DNA of 64,000 nt from Hemiscyllium ocellatum (Eukaryota). The DNA lies in assembly GCF_020745735.1 (NCBI RefSeq), contig NC_083440.1, positions 27,547,278-27,611,277 of the forward strand, in the 5' to 3' direction. The notes below the pieces were generated by a model. It was given only the letters and a program-made list of their open reading frames with translations, made no database searches and was not told the DNA's origin. Both the position numbers and the translations under genes were made by a program. This document shows, one piece after another, positions 13,585 through 26,309 of this stretch. The stretch's first letter is position 1, and each line of letters opens with the position of its first letter.

Positions 13585-15165
13585 AAGGCTCAGGGATGTG
13601 TAGGTTAGGGTGGATTGGCCATGCTAAATTACCCATAGTGTTCAGGGATGTGTAGGTTAGGGTGGATTGGCCATGCTAAATTACCCCATTGTGTTCAGGG
13701 ATGTGTAGGTTAGGGTGGATTGGCCATGCTAAATTACCCCATAGTGTTCAGGGATGTGTAGATTAGGGTGGATTGGCCATGCTAAATTACCCATAGTGTT
13801 CAGGGATGTGTAGGTTAGGGTGGATTGGCCATGCTAAATTACCCCATAGTGTTCAGGGATGTGTAGATTAGGGTGGATTGGCCATGCTAAATTACCCCAT
13901 AGTGTTCAGGGATGTGTGGGTTAGGGTGGATTGGCCATACTAAATTACCCATAGTGGTCAGGGATGTGTAGGTTAGGGTGGATTGACCATGCTGAATTAC
14001 GCATCGTGTTCAGAGATGTGTAGGATAAGGTAGATTGGCCATGATAAATTACCCATAGTGTTCAGGGATGTGTAGGTTAGGGTGGATTGGCCATGCTGAA
14101 TTACCCCATAGTGTTCAGGGATGTGTAGGTTAGGGTGGATTGGCCATGCTAAATTACCTCATAGTGCTCAGGGATGTGTAGGTTAGGCTGAATGGCCATG
14201 CTAAATTACCCCATAGTGCTCAGGGATGTGTAGGTTAGGGTGGATTGGCCATGCTAAATTACCCCATAGTGTTCAGGGATGTGTAGGTTAGGGTGGATTG
14301 GCCATGCTAAATTACCCCATAGTGTTCAGGGATGTGCAGGTTAGGGTGGATTGGCCATGGTAAATTACCCCATAGTGTTCAGGAATGTGTGGGTTGGGGT
14401 GGATTGGCCATGCTAAATTACCCATAGTGGTTAGGGATGTGTAGGTTAGGGTGGATTGACCATGCTGAATTACGCATCGTGTTCAGAGATGTGTAGGATA
14501 AGGTAGATTGGCCATGCTAAATTACCCCATAGTGTTCAGGGATGTGTAGGTTAGGGTGGATTGGCCATGCTAAATTACCCCATAGTGTTCAGGGATGTGC
14601 AGGTTAGGGTGCATTGGCCATGCTAAATTATCCCATAGTATTCAGGGATGTACAGGTCAGGGTGGATTGACCATGCTAAATTGCCCATAGTGTTCAGGGA
14701 TGTGTAGGTTAGGATGGATTGGCCTTGCTAAATTACCTCCATAGTGTTCAGGGATGTGCAGGTTAGGGTGGATTGGCCATGCAAAATTACCCCATAGTGT
14801 TCAGGGATGTGCAGGTTCGGGTGGATTGGCCATGCTAAATTACCCCATAGTGTTCAGGGATGAGCAGGTTAGGGTGGATTGGCTATGCTAAATTACCCCA
14901 TAGTGTTCAGGGATGTGTAGGTTAGGGTGGATTGGCCATGCTAAATTACCCCATAGTGCTCAGGGATGTGCAGGTTAGGGTGGATTGACCATGCTAAATT
15001 ACCCCATAGTGTTCAGGGATGTGCAGGTTAGGGTGGATTGACCATGCTAAATTACCCATAGTGCTCAGGGATGTGCAGGTTAGGGTGGATTGGCCATGCT
15101 AAATTACCCAATAGTGTTCAGGGACGTATAGGTTAGTTTGGTTTGGCCATGCTAAATTACCCCTC
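13585..15165 (+). repeat. 53-bp SINE-derived minisatellite, about 30 copies
   Basis: Unit gggatgtgtaggttagggtggattggccatgctaaattaccccatagtgttca, matching the internal segment of the SINEs at 47.4-48.4 kb and 60.9-61.4 kb. Confidence 0.95.
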
Positions 15166-15785
15166 ATAGATCATAGAATTATACAGTGCAGAACAGGCCC
15201 TACATCCCTTTACGTTGCACCGACCCACGAACTCGTCTAAGCCCATCCCCCTACACTACCCCATCATCATCCATGGGCTTATCTAAGGACTGTTTAACTC
15301 TCCCTAATGTGGCTGTGTTCACTACATTAGCAGGTAGGGCATTCCTCACCCTTCCCACTCTCTGTGTAAAGAACCTGCCTCTGACATCTGTCTGAAATCT
15401 ATCACCCCCCAATTTGTAGTTATGTCGCCCTCGTGCCAGCAGACGTCATCATCCTCGGAAACACACTCTCACTGTCCACCCTATCTAATCCTCTGACCAT
15501 CTTGTATGTCTCTATCAAATCCCCCCACTTAACCTTCTTCTCTCCAATGAGAATAGCCCCAAGTCTCTCAGTCTTTCCTCATAAGACATTCCCTCCAGAC
15601 CAGGCAACATCCTGGTAAATCTCTTCTGCACCTTTTCCAATGTTTCCACATCCTTCCTATAATGGGGCGACCAGAACTGTACACAATATTCTGAGTGCAG
15701 CCGCACCAGCGTTTTGTATAATTGCAGCATGACATTGCAGCTCTGGAACTCAATCCCTCTACCAATAAAACCTAACAAACCTAAC
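15165..15785 (-). mobile_element. CR1 LINE 3' fragment
   Basis: The minus ORF reads LYKTLVRLHSEYCVQFWSPHYRKDVETLEKVQKRFTRM, the conserved C-terminal part of CR1 ORF2. Confidence 0.9.
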
Positions 15786-17680
15786 AATGGGAAGGCTACA
15801 AAAACAAACAGAGGATAACAAGGAGAGAAATAAGGAAGGAGAGGATCAACTATGAAGGTAGGCTAGCCAGTAATATTAGAAATGATAGTAAAAGTTTCTT
15901 TCTATATATAAGAAACAAACAACAGGCAAAAGTAGACATTTGGCCATTTCAAACTGATGCTGGAAGCCTAGTGATGGGAGATAAGGAAATAGCTGGAGAA
16001 CTTAATACGCACTTTGCGTCAGTCTTCACAGTGGAAGACATGAGTAATATCCCAACAATTAAAGGGATTCAGGGGGCCGAGTTGAGTATTGTTGCCATTA
16101 CAAGAGAGAAAGTGCTAGAAAAGCTAAAAGGTCTTAAAATTGATAAATCTCCTGGCCCCGATGGGATACATCCTAGAGTTCTGAGGGAGGTGGCTGAAGA
16201 AATAGCAGTGGCATTGGTTGAGATCTTTCAAAAGTCACTGGAGTCAGGGAAAGTCCTGGATGATTGGAGGATCGCTGTTGTGACCCTCTTGTTCAAGAAA
16301 GGATCAAGGCAAAAGATGGAAAATTATAGGCCAATCTTGGTTGTTGGTAAAATTCTAGAATCCATCATTAAGGATGAGGTTTCTAAATTCTTGGAAGAAC
16401 AAGTCAACATGGATTTAGTAAGGGGAGGTCATGCCTGACAAACCTGTTGGAATTCTTTGAAGAGGTGATAAATAGTTTAGACTAGGGAAACCCAGTGGAT
16501 GTGGTCCATTTAGACTTCCAAAAGGCCTTTGATAAGGTGCCACACGGGAGGCTGCTGAGCAAGGTGAGGGCCCATGGTGTTCCAGGTGAGCTACTGGGAT
16601 GGACTGAGGATTGGCTGTCTGACAGAAGGCAGAGAGTTGGGATAAAAGGTTCTTTTTCAGAATGGCAGCCGGTGACAAGCGGTGTCCCGCAGGGTTCAGT
16701 GTTGGGGCCGCAGCTGTTCACCTTATATATTAGTGATCTGGATGAAGGGACTGGGGACATTCTAGCGAAGTTTGCCGATGATACGAAGTTAGGTGGACAG
16801 GCAGGTAGTACTGAGGAGGTAGGGAGGCGGCAGAAGGATCGAGACAGTTTGGGAGAGTGGTCCAGGAAATGGCTGATGGAATTCAACGTGAGCAAATGCG
16901 ACGTCTTGCACTTTGGAAAAAAGAATAAAAGCATAGACTACTTTCTAAACGGTGAGAAAATTAGTAAAGCCAAAGTACAAAGGGATCTGGGAGTGCAAGT
17001 CGAGGATTTTCTAAAGGTAAACATGCAGGTTGAGTCTGTGATTAAGAAAGCGAATGCAATGTTGTCATTTATCTCAAGAGGGTTGGAATATAAAAGCACC
17101 GTTGTGCTACTGAGACTTTATCAAGCTCTAGTTAGGCCCCATTTGGAGTACTGTGTCCAGTTTTGGTCCCCACACCTCAGGAAGGACATACTGGCACTGG
17201 AGCGTGTCCAGCGGAGATTCACATGGATGATCTCTGGAATGGTAGGTCTAACATACGGGGAACAGCTGAGGATTCATTGGAGTTTAGAAGATTAAGGGGA
17301 GATCTAATAGAAACTTACAAGATAATACATGGCTTGGAAAGAGTGGACACTAGGAAATTGTTTCCGTTAGGCGAGGAGACTAGGACCCGTGGACACAGCC
17401 TTAGAATTAGAGGGGGTCAATTCAGAACAGAAATGCGGAGACATTTCTTCAGCCAGAGAGTGATGGGCCTGTGGAATTCATTGCCGCAGAGTGCAGTGGA
17501 GGCCGGGACGCTAAATGTCTTCAAGGTAGAGATTGATAAATTCTTGATGTCACGAGGAATTAAGGGCTACGGGGAGAATGCGGGTAAGTGGAGTTGAAAG
17601 GCCCATCAGCCATGATTAAATGGCGGATGGACTCTATGGTCCGAATGGCCTTACTTCCACTCTTATGGTCTTATGGTCTA
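15786..17680 (+). mobile_element. 5'-truncated CR1 LINE with a frameshifted reverse transcriptase ORF
   Basis: Motifs KSPGPDGIHPRVLRE, LDFQKAFDKVPH, SGVPQGSVLGP, KFADDTKL and YCVQFWSP are spread over three ORFs; the element ends in a short ttatggtc tail repeat. Confidence 0.95.
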
Positions 17681-18228
17681 ACACACCGTATACCTCCTTA
17701 ACAGCACTATCCACCTGGGTGGCAACTTCCAGGGATCTATGTCCATGGACTCCAAGATCCCTCTGCACACCCACATTACCATGAATCTTTCCATTGACCC
17801 AGTACTCTGCCTTCCTTTTATTCTTCCCAAAGTGTATCAACTCACTTTTACCTGCATTGAACTCCATTTGCCACCTCTCAGCCCAATCCTGCAATTTATC
17901 CAAATCCCTCTCCAACCTGTGACATTCTTCCACACTGTCCACTCCTCCACCGACTTTAGCGTCATCTACAAACTTACTGACCCATCCACCTCGACCTGCG
18001 TCTCAGTCATTTACAGAAATGACAAACAGCGGTGGTCCCAAACAGATCCTAGTGGCACCCCACTAGTAACCGGACTCCGGGCTGGATATTTTCCATCAAC
18101 CACCACTCACTGCCTCCTTACAGAAAGCCAGTATCTCATCCAAACAACAAAATCCCCCTCAATCCCATGGCTCTGAATGTTCTCCAACAGCCTACCATGT
18201 GGAACCTTATCAAAAACCTTACTGAAGC
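17681..18228 (-). mobile_element. CR1 RT fragment
   Basis: Minus ORFs contain FSKVFDKVPHGRLL and LQDWAERWQMEFNAGKSELIHFG. Confidence 0.9.
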
Positions 18229-18424
18229 AATGGCAGGGAAGCGGAAGTGAGGGATTTTGGATCGGATTGAACGGTGGAGCAGGGCTGGAGGGGACAAATG
18301 GCCCCCTTTCTATTTCTGAGGGTCCCATCTAATGCCGTGAATGTCCCCAGGTGAAGACTGGATCCCTTCCGTATGCACCCACCCTCCCTTGGTTAGTCAC
18401 TACGAGGTTAATTTAATGACGGTC

Positions 18425-19130
18425 CCTTATAGAGTCACGGGATCCTACAGCTCGGAAACAGACCCTTCGGCCCAACACGTCTGTGCTGACTGTAATCCCA
18501 AACCAAGCTATTCCCACCTGCCTCCTCCTGGCCCACATCTCTCCAACCCTTTCCTATTCATGTCTCTGTCCTTATCCAAAAATGTCTTTTAAACGTTAGA
18601 ATGTACCCACGGCCACCATTTCCTCAGGAAGGTCATTTCACACATGAACAACTCTCTGTGTAAAAGTAAATTTGCCCTCATGACAGTTATCATTCACACA
18701 ATCTATCCCCCTTATAATTTTACAATCCTCTATAAGGTCACTCCTCATCCTCGAACGCTCCAGGGAAAACAGCCCCAGCCTATCCAGCCTCTCCCCAGCC
18801 TATCTAGCTCAAGCTCTCCAACCCTGGCAACATCCTGGTAAATCCCTTCTGACCCCCCTCTCCAGTTTAATAATCTCCTTCCTGTAACAGGACAACCGGA
18901 ACTGGACATAGTCTCCAGACGGGACCTCACCAATGTCCTGTACAACCCCACCATAATGTCCCAAACTCCTACACTCAAAGGGCTGAGCAATGAAGGCTAG
19001 CGTGTTAAACGCCTTCTTCACCCCCTGACTACATGACACAAACTTCAAAGACTGCTATACCTGACCCCCCTCTGTCTGTCTGCCCTATAACACTACCCAG
19101 GGCCGTACCATTAACTGTAAACGTCCTGTC
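18425..19130 (-). mobile_element. CR1 3' fragment
   Basis: Minus ORFs contain GLYRTLVRSRLE and YVQFRLSCYRKEIIKLERG. Confidence 0.8.
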
Positions 19131-19235
19131 CTTTATCTTTCACTCCCTTTCTCATTGTCTTTCCTTTAAAAGGAACTATTTCCCCAGGCTCTCCTCAATC
19201 AACAGCGTTACTGAACATGGGTCAAATATCTAACA

Positions 19236-20350
19236 NNNNNNNNNNNNNNNNNNNNNNNNNNNNNNNNNNNNNNNNNNNNNNNNNNNNNNNNNNNNNNNNN
19301 NNNNNNNNNNNNNNNNNNNNNNNNNNNNNNNNNNNNNNNNNNNNNNNNNNNNNNNNNNNNNNNNNNNNNNNNNNNNNNNNNNNNNNNNNATGTCTGCACA
19401 CACAAATACTCACATGCACGTACATTCACACATATATACACACGCATGCAGACACACACACATGCATATATATATATACACACACGCACACACACACACA
19501 CACACACAGGCACACACACACTCACACGCACGTACATGCACACATATATATACACACGCACACAGACACACACATGCACATATATGTATACACACAGACA
19601 CACATTCATACACACGTACACACACACGTATATACACATGCACACAGACACACATGCACATATATACACACACACTCACATATATATACACACATGAAAA
19701 TACACACAGACACACACGCACGTATATATACACACACGTATATACACACAGACAAACACACGCATGCACAAAGGCACACACACGCACGTGTATATGTATA
19801 TAAATATACACATGCACACAGAAACACACATGCATGTATATATATACACACAAACGCACGTATATATACACACGCGTATATACACACAGGCACACACATG
19901 CATGTATATATACATGCACACAGACACACACACACGCACGTATATACATACAGACACACGCGCATGTATATATACATGCACACAGACACACACACGCACG
20001 TATGTATACAGACACACATCTATATACATGCACACAGGCACACACATGCACGTACATATACACACACATGCACGTATATATACACACAGACACACACATG
20101 CATGTATATATACATGCACACAGACACACACACGCACATATATACATACAGACACACACGCGCATGTATATATACATGCACAANNNNNNNNNNNNNNNNN
20201 NNNNNNNNNNNNNNNNNNNNNNNNNNNNNNNNNNNNNNNNNNNNNNNNNNNNNNNNNNNNNNNNNNNNNNNNNNNNNNNNNNNNNNNNNNNNNNNNNNNN
20301 NNNNNNNNNNNNNNNNNNNNNNNNNNNNNNNNNNNNNNNNCACACTCTCA
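19236..20350. repeat. mixed (CA)/(TA) microsatellite flanked by gaps (N 19236-19389 and N 20184-20340)
   Basis: Direct inspection. Confidence 0.95.
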
Positions 20351-20809
20351 CACACAGTCACGCAAAAAGATTTGAAACAGGTGTAAGTGGAAAAGGCGAC
20401 CAGCCGATCAGTCTCTGAATTGTTCACAAAGAGCAGACAGACTGAGTGTTGCTACTGTTGTGAGGCAGGTACAGGTCAGTGTCGATGATGGAAACGGTCC
20501 AGTCACTTTCACAATCCTTCAGTTTGCCGAGTGGTCCAGAGTCTGATACCTTCGGACCGGGATTGAATGCAGAGTGAGAGAGCATCCTTTCGTTTCCTTA
20601 CGGCACCCTGAGTGAGAGACGCTCCTCCTTTACCTGCCTCACAGGGGTAGCGAGGAAATAATCGTCTAACTGTGACCTTCACAGAGGGAGCTAACACTCA
20701 GACCAAAGCTGGGGCACACAAGTCCCACAACCAAACTCCAGCACAGTTGAAACTGGCCTTGTATTCTGTAAAGGGAAAACCACAAAATGTATCGATAACT
20801 GACAGGGAG

Positions 20810-21350
20810 TCTTTCTGTCTCTCTTTCTTTTTCTCTGTCTCTCTCTGTTTTTCTCATTCTCTCTCCCTGTAGCTCTCTCACTCTTCCCCCCTCTCAGTCT
20901 CAGTCTCCTTCTCTTCCCCTCTCTCTGCCTCTTGCTTTCAATCTTGCTGTCTGTCTCCATATTTCTGTCTCTATCTCTCTCTCTCTCTACATCTCTCTCT
21001 TTCTCCCTCCCCCTCGCACTCTCTCTTTCTCCTTCTCTCTTTATCTCTGTCTCTCCCTCCACATCTCTCTCTCCCTGTATCTCTCTCTCTCTGTCTCTCT
21101 CTCTCCCCCTTTCTCCGATTCTCACACTATCTCTGTCTCTCCCTCACTTTTCTGTCTCTCTTCCCCTCTCTCTCTTTCTCTCTGTCTGCCTGTCTGTTTC
21201 CTTCTCTCTCTCTCTCTCTATCTCGCTCTGCCTCTCTCTCTCTCTCTATCTGCCTGTTTGTCCCTCTCTCTCTCTCTCTCTCTCTCCCACATGCTGTCTC
21301 TCTCTCTCTCCCATATCTCTTGTAATTTCTCACTCCTTCCATTTCTCCCC
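20810..21350. repeat. (CT)n-rich polypyrimidine microsatellite
   Basis: Direct inspection. Confidence 0.95.
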
Positions 21351-21424
21351 CACTCTCCCATTAATTATTATTCCTGCTATGTTCTGATTTTTTCTCTCTC
21401 TCTCCTCCTTAGGGATTAATTTAA

Positions 21425-21482
21425 ATGGGACAAAAGAAGACATTCCTGATTATAATGCTACTAAGTTTTCCACCTATATCAG
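21425..21482 (+). CDS. B7-family-like gene, signal-peptide exon (MGQKKTFLIIMLLSFPPIS)
   Basis: Acceptor tcctccttag at 21412; an in-frame TAA directly precedes the ATG; hydrophobic core; phase-1 donor G|gtaaga matches the phase of the IgV exon. Confidence 0.75.
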
Positions 21483-21829
21483 GTAAGACAAATTTGTGTT
21501 TCAAAACCATGACATTTATCGGACGTTTACAGCACAGAGAGAGCACATCTAATCCCGAACAACTGAGTAAATGCTCGGTATGAGTAAAACGTGGCCAAAC
21601 TGACAGGGCCATCTCATGTTTACTGCTTATCAATAACTCCCATGTCTTCATTATCATAATAAAGATGCAGGACAGGGTGATGCGTTGTGACTGAAGGGTG
21701 TGGGAGCTCCTGGATGTTATCCTGCTCCAAGGCTCACTCTGGCTCTGTCCTAGCCCACCAACACTGGGATTTCCCGTGGCCCACTTTATTACAATGAAAA
21801 CATCAGGGCTTTTGATCTTCTCTGTCCCC

Positions 21830-22578
21830 CTCAAAGGTTTCTTTTTTACCCTGGGGTAAGGTCTCCCTGGGATCTACCCTTCCCTTTCCACACCAGGATT
21901 TCTCTTTGTCCCAGTTTCTCTCCCTCCTGGACTGAAATTGATTCTGGAAGTCAATCCGTGTTTTATGGACCAGCCCATACCCATCAGCCCCTTCAGCTGC
22001 TAACCTGACTGTTTTAACCCTCTGCTCTGCCCCATGAGCTTACACGACATCCACACTGAGACTACCCTCAGCCTTTATCTCCAGACTTTTCAACTCACCT
22101 TCCTTTTTAAGTGTCCGGTTTTGAAGTTTAAGAGCTCTCTCTATTTCTTTCTCTGCCCTCTCTTTTTCCCTTTCTTCTGCTTTTAATTGTAAACCAAACG
22201 GTTTCATTTCTGCTGCCCTTTCCTGTTCTCTCGCCTCTAACTGGAGCTGTTTCATTTGTAATTGAATCCTTGCCATCTCTATAGATGCTGATGGTTTCTC
22301 CAGCAAGTGGAAATGCTGAGCTACTGCTGGAATTCTCTCTCCTTTCCTCACAGAACCAGGCAATCCCGATTCCAGCTTCTCCGCTCATTCCCGCAACTTG
22401 GTCTCACTCACTTTTTGCAAACCTTCTAACCTCACCGAATCCACTTCCAGAAAACCTTTGGTGACTAAAAGAACCATTACTCTCCCAAGCTTAGTCCACC
22501 CAACCAAACCGACACCCGAAATATAGACACTAGCACCGACCACTCGCTGTTTAAAATCCAGGACGAGCCCCCCCAACT
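21830..22578 (-). mobile_element. Gypsy/Ty3 LTR retrotransposon 5' internal region: leader and decayed, internally deleted gag
   Basis: Gag-like coiled coil IEMARIQLQMKQLQLEAREQERAAEMK and QRVKTVRLAAEGADGYGLVHK, downstream of a PBS and an LTR. Confidence 0.75.
22556..22575 (-). promoter_or_regulatory. primer-binding site, tRNA-Pro type
   Basis: Minus strand TGGGGGGGCTCGTCCTGGAT, 3 nt after the LTR-terminal CA. The canonical tRNA-Pro PBS is TGGGGGCTCGTCCGGGAT, so this has two extra G and one mismatch. Confidence 0.8.
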
Positions 22579-23218
22579 TGTTATGGATGAGGCCAGACCA
22601 CTCAAAACATTCTTAACCAGGCAGACCAGACCATAACTTTGCTATCTGTTTCAGTAAGTGTACAGTGAAAATTACCCGGAGTAATTTAGCGAGGTTGACG
22701 ACCAGGGTGTAGAACAGACAAAGATTTATTCACAAAATTACACATTGAAACACAAAATAAAGACCCCTGACAGAACTCAGTCGATCCAAACTAGACTTCA
22801 TCATGTTGTTCCAAATACCCACAACCGTCCCAATAAGCAAAACTTTAAAACCCTTTAAAACCCAGTACAGAGGGAACACATGTCGATAGGTTGAAGTTAG
22901 ACAGAGAGACAGAGTTTCCACACAGCTCCCTGTTGAATTCCCAACCAGTTCTCGACTGAACTGAACTGCTCAGCTAGAGAGCAGACCAATCCCCTTTCAT
23001 TATACAGGTCACTTCTAGAACATGACCACTTGGCCTAAAGGCTCATCTGTTTGCAGAGAAACAAAAGGCCTCTCCAAACCCTTCCCATCTCTGTACCAAA
23101 CCAGCCTGATCGGAGCCCGGCCTGGTATATTACCCCCTCTCCCTCTGAAATACATCCAGGGCAGAGTCTCCCTGAGCCAAGGGACAGCTTTAGATAAAGA
23201 GGGACTAGCTTTGTGGCA
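22579..23218 (-). mobile_element. Gypsy 5' LTR (about 640 bp)
   Basis: TG(ccac)...(taa)CA termini on the minus strand, AATAAA in the distal part, followed directly by the PBS and gag. Confidence 0.75.
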
Positions 23219-23340
23219 CTAGCATGGACTTTGAGGGGCTGAGTGGCCTCCTTCTCTTGTCCCAGACTGTTCCAAATAGCTGTATCACCTCTGGAGGGTG
23301 TGGATTGGGAATTGATCCTGGCTGCTTTCCCCTGATACAG

Positions 23341-23670
23341 CTGCAATGGATAAAGTCGCTGACGTTGGAGGGACCGTGACACTCCCGTGTCAGGTCGGGA
23401 ATGTCACTATGTCCCAGGCCACTGTATACTGGCAAAAACGCCTGGAAAAGAAAGTCTTGTTCTATTGGAAGAATGGGAAAATGGATCCCAATTATCAGAA
23501 CGAGGAATACCGGAACAGAAGTCACATCTCCCACAGTGAATTCCAGAAGGGAAACCTGTCACTGATAATTTGGGATCTGCGTCTGAGTGATAGTGGAGAG
23601 TATGATTGTATTATCAAAACAGAACACCAAGGAACTCCTGACCAATACAGCATGACTCTGAAAGTTAACA
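23341..23670 (+). CDS. B7-family-like gene, IgV exon (CD80/CD86/ICOSL-like)
   Basis: 330-bp phase 1-1 exon (ctgatacag| ... A|gtgagt). It has the V-set B-strand Cys (VTLPC), C-strand Trp (VYWQK), EYRNR, GNLSL and DSGEYDC. From recall, YWQK..KK.V and NLS.I..LR.SD.G.Y.C resemble CD80. Confidence 0.9.
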
Positions 23671-23714
23671 GTGAGTGCTGTCCTCATTCCTGTCCTTATA
23701 CCCCAGCTCAGTTT

Positions 23715-25797
23715 GTGTCTGTCTACATCAGTTTGTCTGTGTGTACATCTGTGTGTGTACATCTGCGTGTGTGTACATCTGTGTGTGTGCACATCTGTGT
23801 GTATGTATACATCTGTGAGTGTGTACATCTGTGTGTGTACATCTGTGCGTGTACATCTGTGAGTGTGTGTATATATCTGCATGTGTGTCTGTGTGTGTAC
23901 ATCTGTGCGTGTACGTATGTGTGTGTACATCTGTGTGTGTACATCTGTGTGTATGTTCGTGTGTGTGTGTACATCTGTGTGTGTACATCTGTGTGTGTAC
24001 ATCTGTGTGTGTGTGTATGTACATCTGTATGTATGTACATCTGCATGTGTGTATATATCTGTGTGTACATTTGTGTGTGAGTATGTGTGTTCATGTACAT
24101 CTATGTGTATATATCTGACTGTGTATGCACATCTGTATGAGTATACATCTGTGTGTGTATGTACATCTGTGTGAGCATACATCTGTGTGTGTACATCTCT
24201 GTGTGTGTATGTATATCTGTGTGTATACATCTGTGGGTGTATACATCTGTGTGCGTATACATCTGTGAGTGTGTGCACATCTGTGGGTGTCTGTGTACAT
24301 CTTTGTGTGTGTACATCTGTGTGTGTGTATACATCTGTGTGTGTACACCTGTGTGTGTATACATCTGTGTATATACATCTGCATGTGTGTGTGTGTACAT
24401 CTGTGCGTGTACTTATGTGTGTGTGTACATCTGTGTGTATGTACATGTCTGTGTGTATACATCTGTGTTTGCATATCTGTGTGTGTGTACATCAGTGTGT
24501 GAGTATGTGCATGCGTGTACATCTGTGTATGAGTGTGTGTATGTACATCTGTGTGCGTGCATGTATGTGGGCACATGTATGTACATCTGTGTCTGTGTAC
24601 TTCTGTGTGTGCATACATCTGTGTGTGTACATCTGTGTGTATGCACATCTGTGTGTGTATACATTTGTGTGTGTATACATCTGTGTGTACTTCTGTGTGT
24701 GTGTATACTTCTGTGTGTGTACATTTGTGTGTGTGTGTGTGTGTATGTACATCTGTGTGTGTACATCTGTGTGCGTGCATATATGTGGGCACATGTTTGT
24801 GTGTGCATGTATGTGTGTGTGCACATGTTTGTGTGAATGTGTGTGTGTGGTTTTGGACATCTGTGTTTGGACGTGTGTGTGCATAAATGTGTGTACATAT
24901 GTGTGCATATGTGTATGTGTGGGTACGTATCTGTGCATGTGTGCGTACTTTCGTGTGTACTGTGTTAGTGAGCTCATGTCTGTGTGTGTGGTGTTGTGTG
25001 TGTGTATATATCGGTTGTGTGTGTGCCACTGTGTGTGTACATCTCTGTCTCAGTGTAAGAGAGTGTGTGTGTGTGTCACTGTGTGTGTACATCTCTGTCT
25101 CAGTGTAAGAGTGTGTGTGTGTGTGTGTCACTATGTGTGTACATCTCTGTCTCAGTGTAAGAGTGTGTGTGTGTGTGTATGTGACTATGTGTGTACGTCT
25201 CTGTCTCAATGTAAGAGGGTGTGTGTGTGTCACTGTGTGTGTACGTCTCTGTCTCAATGAAAGAGAGTGTGTGTGTGTATGTCTCTGTCTCAGTGTAAGA
25301 GAGTGTGTGTGTGTGTTTGTGTGTGTGTCACTATGTGTGTNNNNNNNNNNNNNNNNNNNNNNNNNNNNNNNNNNNNNNNNNNNNNNNNNNNNNNNNNNNN
25401 NNNNNNNNNNNNNNNNNNNNNNNNNNNNNNNNNNNNNNNNNNNNNNNNNNNNNNNNNNNNNNNNNNNNNNNNNNNNNNNNGTGTGTGTACGTCTCTGTCA
25501 CAGTGTAAGAGAGTGTGTGTGTGTCTCTGTCTCAGTGTAAGTGTGTGTGTGTGTGTTTTTGTGTGTGTGTCACTATGTGTGTACGTCTCTGTCTCAGTAT
25601 AAGAGAGTGTGTGTGCATGTACATCTCTGTCTCAGTGTAAGAGAGAGTGTGTGTGTTTGTGTGTGTGTCACTGTGTGTGTACGTCTCTGTCTCAGTGTAA
25701 GAGAGTGTGTGTGTGTGTACATCTCTGTCTCAGTGTAAGAGAGTGTGTGTGTGTTTGTGTGTGTGTCACTGTGTGTGTACATCTCTGTCTCAGTGTA

Positions 25798-25836
<39 letters not shown>
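23715..25836. repeat. (GT)n-derived complex repeat (tgtgtacatc units, then ~45-50-bp gtacatctctgtctcagtgtaagag units); gap N 25341-25480
   Basis: Direct inspection. Confidence 0.95.
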
Positions 25837-25838
<2 letters not shown>

Positions 25839-26309
25839 CTCCCTTGTTATGTATCCTTGTCTCTTTATCCCCCTCACTCACGCTCACTACTCCTTCCTCT
25901 CTCTCTCTCTCTCTCCGCCTCGGACTCTCCCACTCAGTTAAAAGCTCTCTATCTGACTCTCTCTTTCTGTATTTCTGCTGACTTATGTGTGACTCGATGT
26001 TTGTCTCTCCTCTTCTCTGTCTCTCTCTCCTTTCTCCCTTTCCATATCTGTATCCCTCTCTCGGCCTCTTGCTGTATCTGTCTAACTGTCCCGCCCTCTT
26101 TATTACACTCCATCTGGGTATTTATCTGTTCCTCTGAGTTACTCGCTCACTGGGTATTTCTCTGCCATTCTCTGTCACACTCCCTCTCTCTCTGATTCCA
26201 TCTTTCAGCTTTGGTCATGACCTGCTTCTGTATCTCTCTCTCTCTCTCTCTGTCTCACACAAAGCCAGCCTCAAACTCTCTTGTCCTGCCTTTGATCTGT
26301 GTTTTCCAG

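Noticed and set aside
13585-15165. Regular 33-64-bp arrays as CRISPR arrays
   Set aside because: The units are contiguous with no unique spacers, there are no cas genes, and the context is eukaryotic; the 53-bp unit is SINE-derived.
23671-24080. Cys-rich C-terminal extension of the IgV ORF
   Set aside because: The ORF reads through the donor A|gtgagt at 23670 into microsatellite sequence.
19208-25941. His/Thr-rich and Cys/Val-rich ORFs (also at 828-1121, 12.4-13.2 kb and 33.0-33.8 kb)
   Set aside because: These are translations of (CA)n/(TG)n microsatellites, several running through N gaps.
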